A stretch of DNA of 64,000 bases from Antedon mediterranea (GCF_964355755.1 NC_092674.1:19158001-19222000); one strand, 5' to 3'. Counted from the first letter of the stretch, positions 39,545-52,539 are shown. Program-made: numbers and translations. Notes: generated by a model not told the origin, from the letters alone.

Positions 39545-39857
39545 GTGTTATATTATACAAATAATGAATGTTTATGAGTGCAATGGTACAAATAATGGCA
39601 CGAGGTGAATGATGAAAGGTTATATCAACGAGGCAAAGCCGAGTTGATATAACCTTTCATCATTCACCAAGTGCCATTATTTGTACCATTACACGAATAC
39701 AAAACATTCATTATTTGTTTTATATAACATCTAAATAACAAACAAAAATGTTTCAAAAAGTACTATTTAACGATCGTTGAATAGTGCGTACTATTGCACG
39801 CCATGTGACCCACATTCGTCCAATCAAATGACAGGAATTTATATAGGTGTTATATAA
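39545..39857. mobile_element. Hairpin-type non-autonomous element (Crypton-like)
   Basis: About 90-bp-arm palindrome 39547-39730 centred on CGAGGCAAAGCCGAG. GTGTTATA is repeated at both ends. Confidence 0.55.
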
Positions 39858-40366
39858 TACACATTAGAGCATGTACTTTCTTCATCAATGGATTGAACTT
39901 GTTAGGTGTACATTCACAATTCTCAATCATCTAGTATTGATACGGGCACAATCCAGAGCCTAGTCACTATAACAGAAATAATTTCCCTAGGGAAACAAAA
40001 CATTTTGGATTCCTGGAGGGCTAGTCATGTGATGCCATTTCGACCAATTCAAGCTATGTAATATAACTTAATATAGTAACGTATTGGGTTTTTTGAAAAA
40101 AATGGCCAGTTGTTTAACAGGCTTTGCTAGAAATTCTTTTTTATTTATTTTAGCAATATTAACCATACATTACTATATGTATATTATAAATATGTTGTCA
40201 TAATGTACAACTCTTAAAACTGCTCGAAACAAAGTTTGGAACAGTTATAATTCTAGTGTACAGCATTGCATTTCTTTTACCCGAGAAGGATATTATTCAA
40301 AATATAGATGTTATGTCAAAATTGAGATTATAGAGGACTGGGATTTAAATGTATACATTGTAATCT

Positions 40367-40441
40367 TCACTTATTCCTTACAGTCTTTTTCCTAAGTCGA
40401 TTACCTTCACCAGTAAATGCTTCAAAATTATCAGTTTGATC
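40367..40441 (-). CDS. UFD1: UFD1 last coding exon
   Basis: [24 protein letters not shown]. Confidence 0.93.
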   Translation of the reverse strand, partial: DQTDNFEAFTGEGNRLRKKTVRNK

Positions 40442-43400
40442 CTGAAAAAAAAAAGGTAATAATTATTATTTATATTAAAAACCCCAATGTTACTACTGAT
40501 ACATAATAGCAATGAGCAATCAATAGGATTATTTAATGTTTGGGTAATTCAAGTGTGTTCAGACTCTTGTTATCCTTCAACTTACTTCATTTTGATCAGG
40601 GTTAGTTGTTGGTTTAGCTGTTCTTATAAATGTAATTGTTCCTTGTTTGTAATCATAGTTCGGAATTCCACTGTAACATAATTATTCACATATTAATATT
40701 TTTTTCTTCTAAAAACTGTTATATTGAACCACATTCACCAATTTGCTGATGTAGTCCTTACTGTATATTAGTTAATGCTCATATATTGGTGTGTGGTAAA
40801 TTGTTATAAACACTCGAGAGATAAACACTAAACTAAGTCAAATGATTTCCAACTATAAGGATCGCTTAAAATATCAGAGGTCTGACCCGAACATCATTAT
40901 TAACATAACTCACCAAGTTTTAAAATATTCAAAAAATAGAAGGGAATAAAGCTAGATTGAACAGGAAGATTGTATAGTAGTACTTTCTATAGGCTTGTAT
41001 TGTATACTGTGTATACATGCAAAATCTTATTACATATTCTTATTATATTTGTAGAGAGCAATACATAATTACCGTTTGTAGATGCGTGGCTGTAAAGAAA
41101 CTGGTTTTGAGTCTAAATTTTTAGTCTTGCCATCCAGTCTGTTACCAGATCCTTGAAATGCCATGAATTTACTCTCATCAATATAGTCGGTATCATCAAC
41201 TTGCATACTCTGTGTAGATATCAAAAAAGAAAAAATCGAAACATTTACAGAAAATGAATACTATTATACAAAATATCTGGCAAAAACATATCTTGAATGA
41301 AAATATTGATTATACACTTATGGAAACAGATCAATTTAAGACAAGTATAATATACAAAATTAAAATTAAAATTGTTAGGAATGGCCTTTAACAAATCACA
41401 CCTTACCTCCGGTTCTGGATCCTGTGGTTTTACTCGCTGTGGTTCAACATAGCCTACTGGTGCTGTAAAATCAACCTATGAAAAAAAAAGTTTACAAGCT
41501 GTGAGCCAAATCAGAAGATTTTTAGATATTTAAATGTTCAATAAATGTTAACATTATTCGTTTGTATTGCCTATCATGTGTGTGCTGGACAAAACATGTC
41601 TATAGGATTCTAGTCTAGTAATGTTTCTAGTGCAACCAGAAAATGATCTAAATAGCAATGGTCTCAATAGCAAAAGAGTTTCCCAAATTACTCTTAATTT
41701 TTTTCAGATAAAAATTATTTTACTGAAATATTGATGGTTGTACTTACACTCATATCACATTCTATAATAGACACTGCATCGGCTGGCTTTGTTTCCAAAA
41801 CTTTTAATTCATATATCTTATCATTGTATTTAATTGCAATCATATCTCCTCTTGTTAAACAAGCAAAACCTCGGAGTATATTTTCGAGTCTTTAAATGGG
41901 TTAAAGAAGTACAAAAATCAAGCTTTATGTATGTACATTTAAAAAAAAAAAAAAACAAATCAAACTAACTGTTTAATAACTACATTTTTGTTTGAAAAAA
42001 TTAAAATTAAAGCGATTACATAAACATTAGCAAAGCAAAAGGATACACTGCTTTTGGATTTGAAATATCTAAGAAATCAACCGACTGTGGTTGAAATTTG
42101 GAAAATGTTGCCACTGACAAAGATGTACTTTCCAACTGAAGTAAGTCTCCTTCTTGAAGTAGCAAGTTTTGCATCATCTGGAAAAAATAAAAACGTACCA
42201 AAGTAGTGTCATAAAATTCAAACCCAATTTGCCATGAATTTATTTTCTTGTTTTAAAATTTTACTGCTTGACTTAATTGTGCATCTATATATTGTGTAAT
42301 ATAGTGTTTGGGTTGTTGAGGTACTAATGAAGGACTCTGACTCGCTTGACTGTCGTAACACATATATTATTTATTCAGTATAATACTTCAGTACAATATA
42401 CAACTATAAGTATACATAAGGAACGCGGAGGATCAATGATGCTGTCGGTGAGGTGTGAAGTGTGTTAGTCTGCTTCTGGAGAAGTGGCTGTATGGTGTGT
42501 CTGGGCCCTTCTGAAACTTGGGGGTATATTGGCTCAGTTCATTTGCATAATGTCATTACATCATCTGTGAGGGTAACGATTGGTCCTAAGTTGATCCAGG
42601 GGTGTTTAAGTGGGAGTGATTAACGGTGTCATAAGGTATTTCTGTGATGGATGACACTGTCAAATCTGTACTTAAATAGTGTCAATCACTCCTGGTTTTA
42701 ACGATGGGAAAGTCACAAAATTAAGCTAAGTGTTTTCTTTAGGGATTCTATTATAAACTAAATGGTCATTAAAACATCTGGACAAACTCTCCTTCGGACT
42801 TTCTGGGTCAAGTTTGTGAACCTATTTAAATTCCGATACAAAGGTCAATTTCTTAAATATAAAAGTATATCTTTATATCACATCCCTCTGTTTCCCTTTT
42901 TTTTTTTAATCTATTTAACATATAAAAATGGTTATAATAGTGGCATGCAAAATTAAAGTTATATAAAAGAAAAAAACATTATTATACATATAAGCAAAAA
43001 TTGAGTTAGCCAAAACCATTGACTCTGAAGTGTAACCTTATCACTTTCACTCTCTCTCTTCTCTCTCTTAAAAAAATGAAATTAAAATTGAATTTGGTAT
43101 AAAAATTCCGGAATTTATATAAAATTTGAGGTTTGTCAGTTGGTCTGCTGGACGGATGTCGCAAAGGAATAATAAAACTCTTTTCAAGGAATCTAAAGTA
43201 AATGGCATCGTTTTGGTAATATGGAGAATTACGTTTTGTTCGCTTTGGTAAAGGATTATCTTCTTTATAAGGGCACATTCTGTGGACAGGGGCGTCATTT
43301 GAATTTTGTGTTTTAAGCATAACTGTGTAACGTCAAGCTTTTCGGATTCCATTTTAGGGGGAAATTTGGAATTGACTAAAATTAAGATAAATAAAATTAA

Positions 43401-46400
43401 AATTTATTTAAAATAAACAATATTAAACTAAATAAACGATATAAAACTCAAACAATAAAATTTCAAGTTCAACTATTATAACAATCTCACAAAAGTAAAT
43501 TAACTTATAATTCGACAGTAAATACTGTATATTTGATACGCTCGTGCGACTTATTTATAGTCTGCCCATCCGGTTGTTTATATATATAGCTCGTAATTGG
43601 CTCTACTCCTCCCTCGAGCGTTAATCAAACGTCAATTGGTCAAATTTAAAGAACTTAAAGAATATGTACAATGAATATATATCAAATAGCGCGACAACTT
43701 ATCGCGTTCTAATGGCCTTCAAATATAAATCAATCAAATCGAAACATAAAACTCAAGAAACTGTGGCTGATTAGCCTAGAATCAAAATATCAAACTCAAT
43801 CACTTAAAACTTTAAAGAAACAAATGTGTGTGTCCCGTTGACACAAACTTATCCACAATATATCGTTATCGTCACAACTTTATCGATTTAAGCATTTATA
43901 TTTACAGGTAATTACGATTTCAATCGGTCGGCAAATTCGACTTTTGTACTCAATGTTAAAAAAATTACAATTAAAAGTACTAAGAAAATCTCCTGTTTTT
44001 GTATATCAATTAATTAATGCTTGAGATTAACGACTCAAAGGTTAAACAAAATATTTGTTACAAAATGATTGTCGTTCTTTTTAATATCTCAATATATCGA
44101 TCATTCAAAATTCAAAATTAATCATTATCAAAAAGCTCGTTACAAAATCAATACTTAATCATAATTTCAATTCTCTTTTAACTGAAATCACATCATTACT
44201 AAACAAATCTCATCAAATACGTAGACTATGCTATCAATAATTTAGCAAATGTCGTAATTTAAAAATAATCTTGCAAAAAAAATTTAAATCAGTAATTCGT
44301 TGCATTATACAAACGTTTTATGAATCGTTTTGGCGATCCACTTATCGGTATCTGTTTATCATTAATGATCTCTTTAATTAATTTATCTGTATCGTTATAT
44401 CTGTCAATATTCCACCAAAATTTGCGATCATTAGATTCTTGTTTTTTGTTTTATCGGTGTTACGTTTGGCTGAAGTCGGTTTAGAATATGAAACTAAAAC
44501 TTGGAAATGTCCTGCTTTAAATCTACCTCGGTTTAATGTCATACTTGAATCATTAGGTGCTGTCATAATTAAATTAGTTTGTTCCTTTATTTGTTCTTCT
44601 TTCATTTGGAATGGGGCTGCTAATCCCATGTTATTCTCTACACAGTCAATGTAAGGTTGCACGTTAAGGGGTTCAAATTTAGTTGGATGTGTAAGGGTAT
44701 CTGATTGCAATTGGGTTGGTGTCCTATCATGTTCGTTGACAAATTAAACATTGTTTTCGTCATTTACTACGTTAACGGTGTTCTGAATTTTCTCATTATT
44801 ATCGGTGGGTTTATTCAACAATTATTTTAACAATTTAAAAAACAGTTTTAGTGTGTATATATGTAAACTCTCACTTTTTCAATCAAGGTTACAAATCAAA
44901 ATCAAAATGGTTTCGACTTACCCCAAATGCTTCGGATCCAATTAAAATGAATTAAAAGAATGCAAAAGTGTTCAAAAATGTTTAAATGTTCAAACAACGA
45001 ATTAAAAAAAAATGCGAAAGGTGTTCATCAATGTTCAAAAAAGTAAATGTTAAAGAAAAAAACGATAAAAAAAACGGCGTGAAGTTGAAAGTCTCTAAAC
45101 GAAACAGTTCTTGTCCGCTTGCTTCTGTTTTGATTCTTCTTGGGTCTTCCTCGATTATCTTCTTTGTCTTTATCCAATGGTTATAATTTCATAAAATTTC
45201 TGCTTGTCTCGATTTCATTCAAATATAATTTCAGCTTGTCTTTTGTGTCTTCCTCGATTATCTTTTTTGTCTTCATCCAATGGTAATAATTTGATCAAAT
45301 TTCTGCTTGTCTCGATCTCATTCAAATATAATTTCAGCTTGTCTTTTGAGTCAAAGTAAATTTCTCTCCTTTCAAACAAATGTGGTTATTTTTGTCTTCG
45401 TCTTCGTGTCTTGTTAAGTGTTTATTTCTTGTTTTCTCACTCCGTTCCTTATGAAATTTGGGTCTTCCACCATGTAATATAACGTTTGGGTTGTTGAGGT
45501 ACTAATGAAGGACTCTGACTCGCTTGACTGTCGTAACACATATATTATTTATTCAGTATAATACTTCAGTACAATATACAACTATAAGTATACATAAGGA
45601 ACGCGGAGGATCAATGATGCTGTCGGTGAGGTGTGAAGTGTGTTAGTCTGCTTCTGGAGAAGTGGCTGTATGGTGTGTCTGGGCCCTTCTGAAACTTGGG
45701 GGTATATTGGCTCAGTTCATTTGCATAATGTCATTACATCATCTGTGAGGGTAACGATTGGTCCTAAGTTGATCCAGGGGTGTTTAAGTGGGAGTGATTA
45801 ACGGTGTCATAAGGTATTTCTGTGATGGATGACACTGTCAAATCTGTACTTAAATAGTGTCAATCACTCCTGGTTTTAACGATGGGAAAGTCACAAAATT
45901 AAGCTAAGTGTTTTCTTTAGGGATTCTATTATAAACTAAATGGTCATTAAAACATCTGGACAAACTCTCCTTCGGACTTTCTGGGTCAAGTTTGTGAACC
46001 TATTTAAATTCCGATACAAAGGTCAATTTCTTAAATATAAAAGTATATCTTTATATCACAATTGTAACTATATATTAAATTTTGTAAACATTTTGTATGG
46101 GTTAAACCTCTTGTTACAAAAGTGTTCCTCCTCGTTTAAAGGAAAGTAACCAACAAATATTATTATTATAATATTATCTATGCTAGTAACTACAACAGCC
46201 TGTGGTTTTTTATGGTGTATGAACTGTTAACGTTAAATACAGGCTGAGTAAATATACATGTTTTAGCCAAGTCATATTAATAAGGGGATATGTGTTATTA
46301 GCAACTAATATCTTAACTTTCTGCAATAAAAAATCCTTAAGACAAGACAGATAATGTCATATTGATTAATTAAAAAAAAATCAATTAAAAAATAGCCAAG

Positions 46401-49400
46401 GATGAGACTTGATTTATTAGTTAGTTAGTTATTTTAATATTAAATTCACATAATTTTTCTGGTGTGCTGAAGAACACCAGTTGGTATGTTTACAGTACTT
46501 ACCCAGTAAGGTAAATAAACTTTTCCTTCATCAGCAACAAATTCTAAGACACCACAATGTGTTTCACGATGTTCTTTTACATTTGTTAACTTGAACAACA
46601 TTGGGTACATTATGTTCATACGAGCTGTTGACAGAATATGTTATGTTGATGAATAACAACATTGGGTACATTATGTTCAAACGAGCTGTTGACAGAATAT
46701 GTTATGTTGATGAATAACAACATTGGGTACATTATGTTCATACGAGCTGTTGACAGAATATGTTATGTTGATGAATAACAACATTGGGTACATTATGTTC
46801 ATACGAGCTGTTGACAGAATATGTTATGTTGATGAATAACAACATTGTGTTACATTATGTTCTGTTGATAACAATTCATTATTGTCACATTTGCCATTAA
46901 TTATTTAAACATTTAATACATTAACGGCAATTCGATTTTTAAAATTTTAAACACAAAACATATTATACAGATATTGCCTGCTTAGAGGTAAAATATAAGA
47001 TTTGACATCTCAGAGGGAATGATATTTTCTCAAGGGAATATATATTTCCCGAAGCACCAGCTGAGGGAAATTTAATTTTCGAGAGCATAATATCATTTCC
47101 TTAGGGGTATCAAACCTTATATTTTACCAATATAAAAGGCGATATCTGTTATATTACATAGCCAACAACAAGTAGAATATCTACTGGATTTTAAATTAAC
47201 AGAAGAATTATCATCAATAAGCATATTAATAGTAATAATATTACCAGGTCGGAAAAATAAATAATAATTCATCTTCTTCGAGCCGAATCACCCGATATTT
47301 AGCGCGCCGCACATACCAGGTTACTACCGTCAGTATTGACCAATCACAAACAGTTTTTTGTCTCTCTATAGAAAAGTTTAGTTGAATTATTTCTTCAAGC
47401 AAGTTATGTGCCGCAGCATGTAAAATGTAGTATCGTGATGATGTGGACTAATCTTCGCGAGTTCAAGTCCCAGTAGATGACTTTTATTTATTTATCGCCA
47501 AACGTGAGTGTTGCCACAAGCAAATTACACAGTTAATATCAAACTCTTCGACAATTTACTGGATTTTATATGTTTAATGACAGGGAAACAATAATCGCGT
47601 GAAAATTACACGAGTAAAAATATACGATTTATGATCCTCGCAGCAGTAGTCATGTGATGCAGTTTCAACCAATCACGTTCACGTATTTACATAGGCTATG
47701 TAATATAAAAAATATTTAATGTACAGTAGTACATATAAAAGAACAGGGCTGATGCTTATTATTATATAAGTACTGTATAATGCTAAATAATTTAATAAAT
47801 GCAATATAAAGTGCATACTTTGTGACTGATTTCACTTTGTGGAAAAAAGAAAATACAGTACTTACTTAATGTATCTAATGCAGAAGGTGGCATAATGACT
47901 AAAATGAGAGAACAAATAATAAATTAAATAGATCAGAAAATAAAAATTTTATTGATTTTATGAAAAGGCTGAAAACATTTAAAAGATTTGACCTTAGCTT
48001 CAATCTTCAGATTGGTGGCTAATTTACCTAATTGCTTACAAATTCTCGGTTCAAATCCTGGATTTTGACAGCAGAATTTTTTTCATGGCCAGAATAGTGC
48101 AGCTGCAAAAGAAAGGCTTATGGGAGTCTAAAACTAAGCAACTGTCTTGGAGAATTTGATTTGTTGACACAGTAATTTGAGTTTTCTGTCAATATAAAGC
48201 CACCATTACGGTAGTTAGGATGAAATGGAACTACCCCAACAATTTAATCAATTCTATTAAATGAAGAATGCTTTGATTTTTTTGTTTGTATGACTTACTT
48301 TTTCCACCTCTTTCAACATCCTGACGGCAATTCCCTTGTAACATTGACACTGAGAAGCATCGGTATTGTGTCTTGTAACTCCTCTGGACATTATCAAATG
48401 AAAACCCAAACTAGGCAATACAAATATAAAACAAAATTAACACTGTAATAACTTGAGGAAATATCTATTTTAAGACTAAATATTCAGAAGAACTTGATTC
48501 AATGTTCGATCTTTATTGCAAGGATTGTCATCAGGAATTGATTTGAGAAAAGCACTTTCTGATGATCCAATAAAGATCGAAATGTTGAATCATGACTTCT
48601 TTCTCCTTATATAAATTTCATTGGTGGTACTAAATTTAAACAGACAGTCAAACAATCTAAAGTATAAAGACACTTCACCTACCTTTTTAAAAATCTAATT
48701 TAACTACATTTTATGTAAAAATAAATACTTTGTAGACCTATTGCGATAATTGTTATTGTCTTAGGTTACAAATGTGAAAAATAAGTTGATTCTAATATTT
48801 TAATTGGCCTGCTATAAATATTAGAATGCATCGCGCACAGATATATATTTTCATATTGCTTATGTGATGCACCCGATGTTTTGAACAAAGAATGAAGTTG
48901 TTGAACCAAGCATGTCAATATAAACACACAGAATTAATCGGAAAGTGTCTAGATAATAATAATTTCTTCCCTTTTCCGTGAATCAACCCTCAAGAGGAAC
49001 CAAAGATACTTTGAGGCATACTGCAAAATTTACATTTTAAATCAAAATAGAAGGCGCTTTAATCAATGACGTCCATGGATTTATAGGGTTTGTAGTATTA
49101 TAAGATAGGAGCTTGGCAACAGTTATCCATCTTGCGCATGCGATCTCTGCTAAGACCATCTACGAGAGAACATTCGATGCGAGTCACTTAGGTAGTGAAT
49201 TGCCTTCTCTTTTTATCATAATAAACCTTAGAAAGTACATTCAAAGCAAGGAATGACCTGGTTTAATGTTTTTAAAGTACATTCAAAGCAAGGAATGACC
49301 TGGTTTAATGTTTTTAAAGTACATTCAAAGCAAGGAATGACCTGGTTTAATGTTTTTAAAGTACATTCAAAGCAAGGAATGACCTGGTTTAATGTTTTTA

Positions 49401-49524
49401 AAGTACATTCAAAGCAAGGAATGACCTGGTTTAATGTTTTTAAAGTTATATGCATTATTTTTACAAAACATTAAAAATTGCAGGTAAAGTGTCTTATCAA
49501 TAGTTTAAACTTCTGCTTTACCAT
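40367..49524 (-). CDS. UFD1: Ubiquitin recognition factor in ER-associated degradation 1 (UFD1), 302 aa, 10 coding exons
   Basis: Exons 49524-49522 (ATG), 48410-48299, 47898-47866, 46624-46503, 42177-42047, 41889-41748, 41475-41407, 41209-41073, 40670-40586, 40441-40367; 909 nt in frame. Peptides [96 protein letters not shown]. Confidence 0.97.
40586..40670 (-). CDS. UFD1: UFD1 coding exon 9
   Basis: [28 protein letters not shown]. Confidence 0.93.
41073..41209 (-). CDS. UFD1: UFD1 coding exon 8
   Basis: [45 protein letters not shown]. Confidence 0.93.
41407..41475 (-). CDS. UFD1: UFD1 coding exon 7
   Basis: [23 protein letters not shown]. Confidence 0.93.
41748..41889 (-). CDS. UFD1: UFD1 coding exon 6
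   Basis: [47 protein letters not shown]. Confidence 0.95.
41890..42046 (-). other. U12-type (minor spliceosome) GT-AG intron of UFD1
   Basis: 5' splice site GTATCCTTTT. Branch TTCTTTAAC ends 10 nt before the intron end. No polypyrimidine tract. Confidence 0.9.
42047..42177 (-). CDS. UFD1: UFD1 coding exon 5
   Basis: [43 protein letters not shown]. Confidence 0.95.
42295..46060 (-). mobile_element. Young non-autonomous LTR retrotransposon (Gypsy-type termini) in a UFD1 intron
   Basis: 588-bp TG...CA LTRs at 42295-42882 and 45473-46060, nearly identical. TSD ATTG (42291-94, 46061-64). PBS TGGTGGAAGACCC (45472-45460). PPT from 42883. No recognisable pol in the 2.6-kb interior. Confidence 0.93.
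46503..46624 (-). CDS. UFD1: UFD1 coding exon 4
   Basis: [40 protein letters not shown]. Confidence 0.95.
46595..46865. repeat. 61-bp tandem repeat (about 4.4 copies) spanning the UFD1 exon 4 acceptor
   Basis: The unit aacaacattgggtacattatgttcatacgagctgttgacagaatatgttatgttgatgaat includes the AG and about 30 exonic nt. Confidence 0.95.
46962..47707. mobile_element. Degenerate hairpin-type (Crypton-like) repeat
   Basis: Imperfect palindrome about 46965-47150. TTATATTACATAGCC (about 47150) has an inverted partner GGCTATGTAATATAA (about 47694). Confidence 0.45.
47866..47898 (-). CDS. UFD1: UFD1 coding exon 3
   Basis: [11 protein letters not shown], 33 nt. Confidence 0.95.
48299..48410 (-). 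CDS. UFD1: UFD1 coding exon 2
   Basis: [41 protein letters not shown] flanks. Confidence 0.95.
49232..49446. repeat. 42-bp minisatellite, 5 perfect copies
   Basis: aaagtacattcaaagcaaggaatgacctggtttaatgttttt x5. Confidence 0.97.
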
Positions 49525-49727
49525 TCTGGTGGTTAAGTGTTTCTACTTCTCTTGATTGATTCTGTAAAATATAAATAAAAGAAAGTGGTTATTTAACTGG
49601 CAGAGAGTTGGACCATGGACCTATATCCATGGTTGGACAATGTTACAAAGATAATTTATACGGTTAACTTAATAAAGTTATAAAGGTTATTAAACTAGAC
49701 GACAGTTGGATACGATATAACACGGTC

Positions 49728-51430
49728 GAACAATTTCCTATCACTCTCCATCACCAAGTCATACATATTTAGGAGTAGAGGAACAATTTCCTATCACTCT
49801 CCATCACCAAGTCATACATATTTAGGAGTAGAGGAACAATTTCCTATCACTCTCCATCACCAAGTCATACATATTTAGGAGTAGAGGAACAATTTCCTAT
49901 CACTCTCCATCACCAAGTCATACATATTTAGGAGTAGAGGAACAATTTCCTATCACTCTCCATCACCAAGTCATACATATTTAGGAGTAGAGGAACAATT
50001 TCCTATCACTCTCCATCACCAAGTCATACATATTTAGGAGTAGAGGAACAATTTCCTATCACTCTCCATCACCAAGTCATACATATTTAGGAGTAGAGGA
50101 ACAATTTCCTATCACTCTCCATCACCAAGTCATACATATTTAGGAGTAGAGGAACAATTTCCTATCACTCTCCATCACCAAGTCATACATATTTAGGAGT
50201 AGAGGAACAATTTCCTATCACTCTCCATCACCAAGTCATACATATTTAGGAGTAGAGGAACAATTTCCTATCACTCTCCATCACCAAGTCATACATATTT
50301 AGGAGTAGAGGAACAATTTCCTATCACTCTCCATCACCAAGTCATACATATTTAGGAGTAGAGGAACAATTTCCTATCACTCTCCATCACCAAGTCATAC
50401 ATATTTAGGAGTAGAGGAACAATTTCCTATCACTCTCCATCACCAAGTCATACATATTTAGGAGTAGAGGAACAATTTCCTATCACTCTCCATCACCAAG
50501 TCATACATATTTAGGAGTAGAGGAACAATTTCCTATCACTCTCCATCACCAAGTCATACATATTTAGGAGTAGAGGAACAATTTCCTATCACTCTCCATC
50601 ACCAAGTCATACATATTTAGGAGTAGAGGAACAATTTCCTATCACTCTCCATCACCAAGTCATACATATTTAGGAGTAGAGGAACAATTTCCTATCACTC
50701 TCCATCACCAAGTCATACATATTTAGGAGTAGAGGAACAATTTCCTATCACTCTCCATCACCAAGTCATACATATTTAGGAGTAGAGGAACAATTTCCTA
50801 TCACTCTCCATCACCAAGTCATACATATTTAGGAGTAGAGGAACAATTTCCTATCACTCTCCATCACCAAGTCATACATATTTAGGAGTAGAGGAACAAT
50901 TTCCTATCACTCTCCATCACCAAGTCATACATATTTAGGAGTAGAGGAACAATTTCCTATCACTCTCCATCACCAAGTCATACATATTTAGGAGTAGAGG
51001 AACAATTTCCTATCACTCTCCATCACCAAGTCATACCTATTTAGGAGTAGAGGAACAATTTCCTATCACTCTCCATCACCAAGTCATACATATTTAGGAG
51101 TAGAGGAACAATTTCCTATCACTCTCCATCACCAAGTCATACATATTTAGGAGTAGAGGAACAATTTCCTATCACTCTCCATCACCAAGTCATACATATT
51201 TAGGAGTAGAGGAACAATTTCCTATCACTCTCCATCACCAAGTCATACATATTTAGGAGTAGAGGAACAATTTCCTATCACTCTCCATCACCAAGTCATA
51301 CATATTTAGGAGTAGAGGAACAATTTCCTATCACTCTCCATCACCAAGTCATACATATTTAGGAGTAGAGGAACAATTTCCTATCACTCTCCATCACCAA
51401 GTCATACATATTTAGGAGTAGAGGAACAAT
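49728..51430. repeat. 53-bp minisatellite, 32 near-perfect copies
   Basis: Unit gaacaatttcctatcactctccatcaccaagtcatacatatttaggagtagag. Only one variant base noticed (near 51037). Confidence 0.98.
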
Positions 51431-52539
51431 GTCACCACAATTCTGATTAAAATTCAGTTAAAATGCTTACGCAGAACATACTTGTTCTCCATTCATATAC
51501 AAAGAAAGTAAATACCGATTCGATGGATGCAGCTGGATGGTAGTAAATGGGGCTATGGCGGTTTTTCTTTTTTTTTCGATATTTTTCTTTTAATTGGTCT
51601 CTAGTTGAGAGATTCTTTAGAGCTGTAGGTTATACTGTATTTTATAGGTTGACTATCTGTTTATATGTGTTGGCTAGATACATTTTCGCCGTTTCCCAAT
51701 TTAAAAACCAAATTTTTTTAAACTCTGTAATTGGTTCTGGCGATATATGTTACATACTGTAAGGGATGAATGTTTATTTAGGCCTAATTTATTTGTTTTC
51801 AATTTATTGTACAGGTTGCAATAAGTTTACTCTTTAAAAATTATTGTAAAAATGTACCCACAAGAGTACATTTCGTTTCAATTTGTTTATTTTTCCACTC
51901 ACTTATATATATAATTTGAACAAACGTGAGTATACATATATTAAATGTGGGTGGATGGAGGTCACAGTAAGTTCACTGAACTTTAAGTTGTGACCCCCGT
52001 AGTGATTTTAGTTACATACAACTTCTATATAATGTTCAATAAAACATTGATATGCAGTATAATGAATTACTGTTTTTTAACTTATGGTAGTGAATTAATA
52101 ATGTATGTAAATAAATAAAAAATTAAATATATGTACAAATTATGAAAAAACATAATAGTACATAAATTCTAACTAAAAGTTAGCTTAAAATATTTAAATA
52201 ATCCACTTTTAATTAAGTAATGTTTGTTTTATATTGGTCCATGTACCAAATAATAACATTTACAGTAGAACCGCTAAGTATAGTAACAATGCTACGGAGT
52301 AGACTAAAATATAAATATATAAAAGTGAAGGTACATAAAATAAAAAAATTAAATTATAGAGGTTAAGATAAACCAGGCAGTTATATAATATAATGATAAA
52401 AGGGATAATGATAACAATTAGAGTACAATATGAAATATAATTAAATATGGTATAATAACAAGTATAACGATACAATGTAGCGGAGATTATTGAATACCAG
52501 GGTGAAGGATTTAATGCCATGTATCACCACCAAATAAAT

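Noticed and set aside
42762-46149. Duplicated [15 protein letters not shown] ORFs as paralogous genes
   Set aside because: Both lie in the two LTR copies and run out into unrelated flanks.
49228-49474. Repetitive-peptide ORFs (CFECTLKT...) on both strands
   Set aside because: By-product of a 42-bp (multiple of 3) intronic minisatellite.
49728-51430. CRISPR-like regular array
   Set aside because: Units are identical end to end with no variable spacers, there are no cas genes, and the context is a eukaryotic intron.
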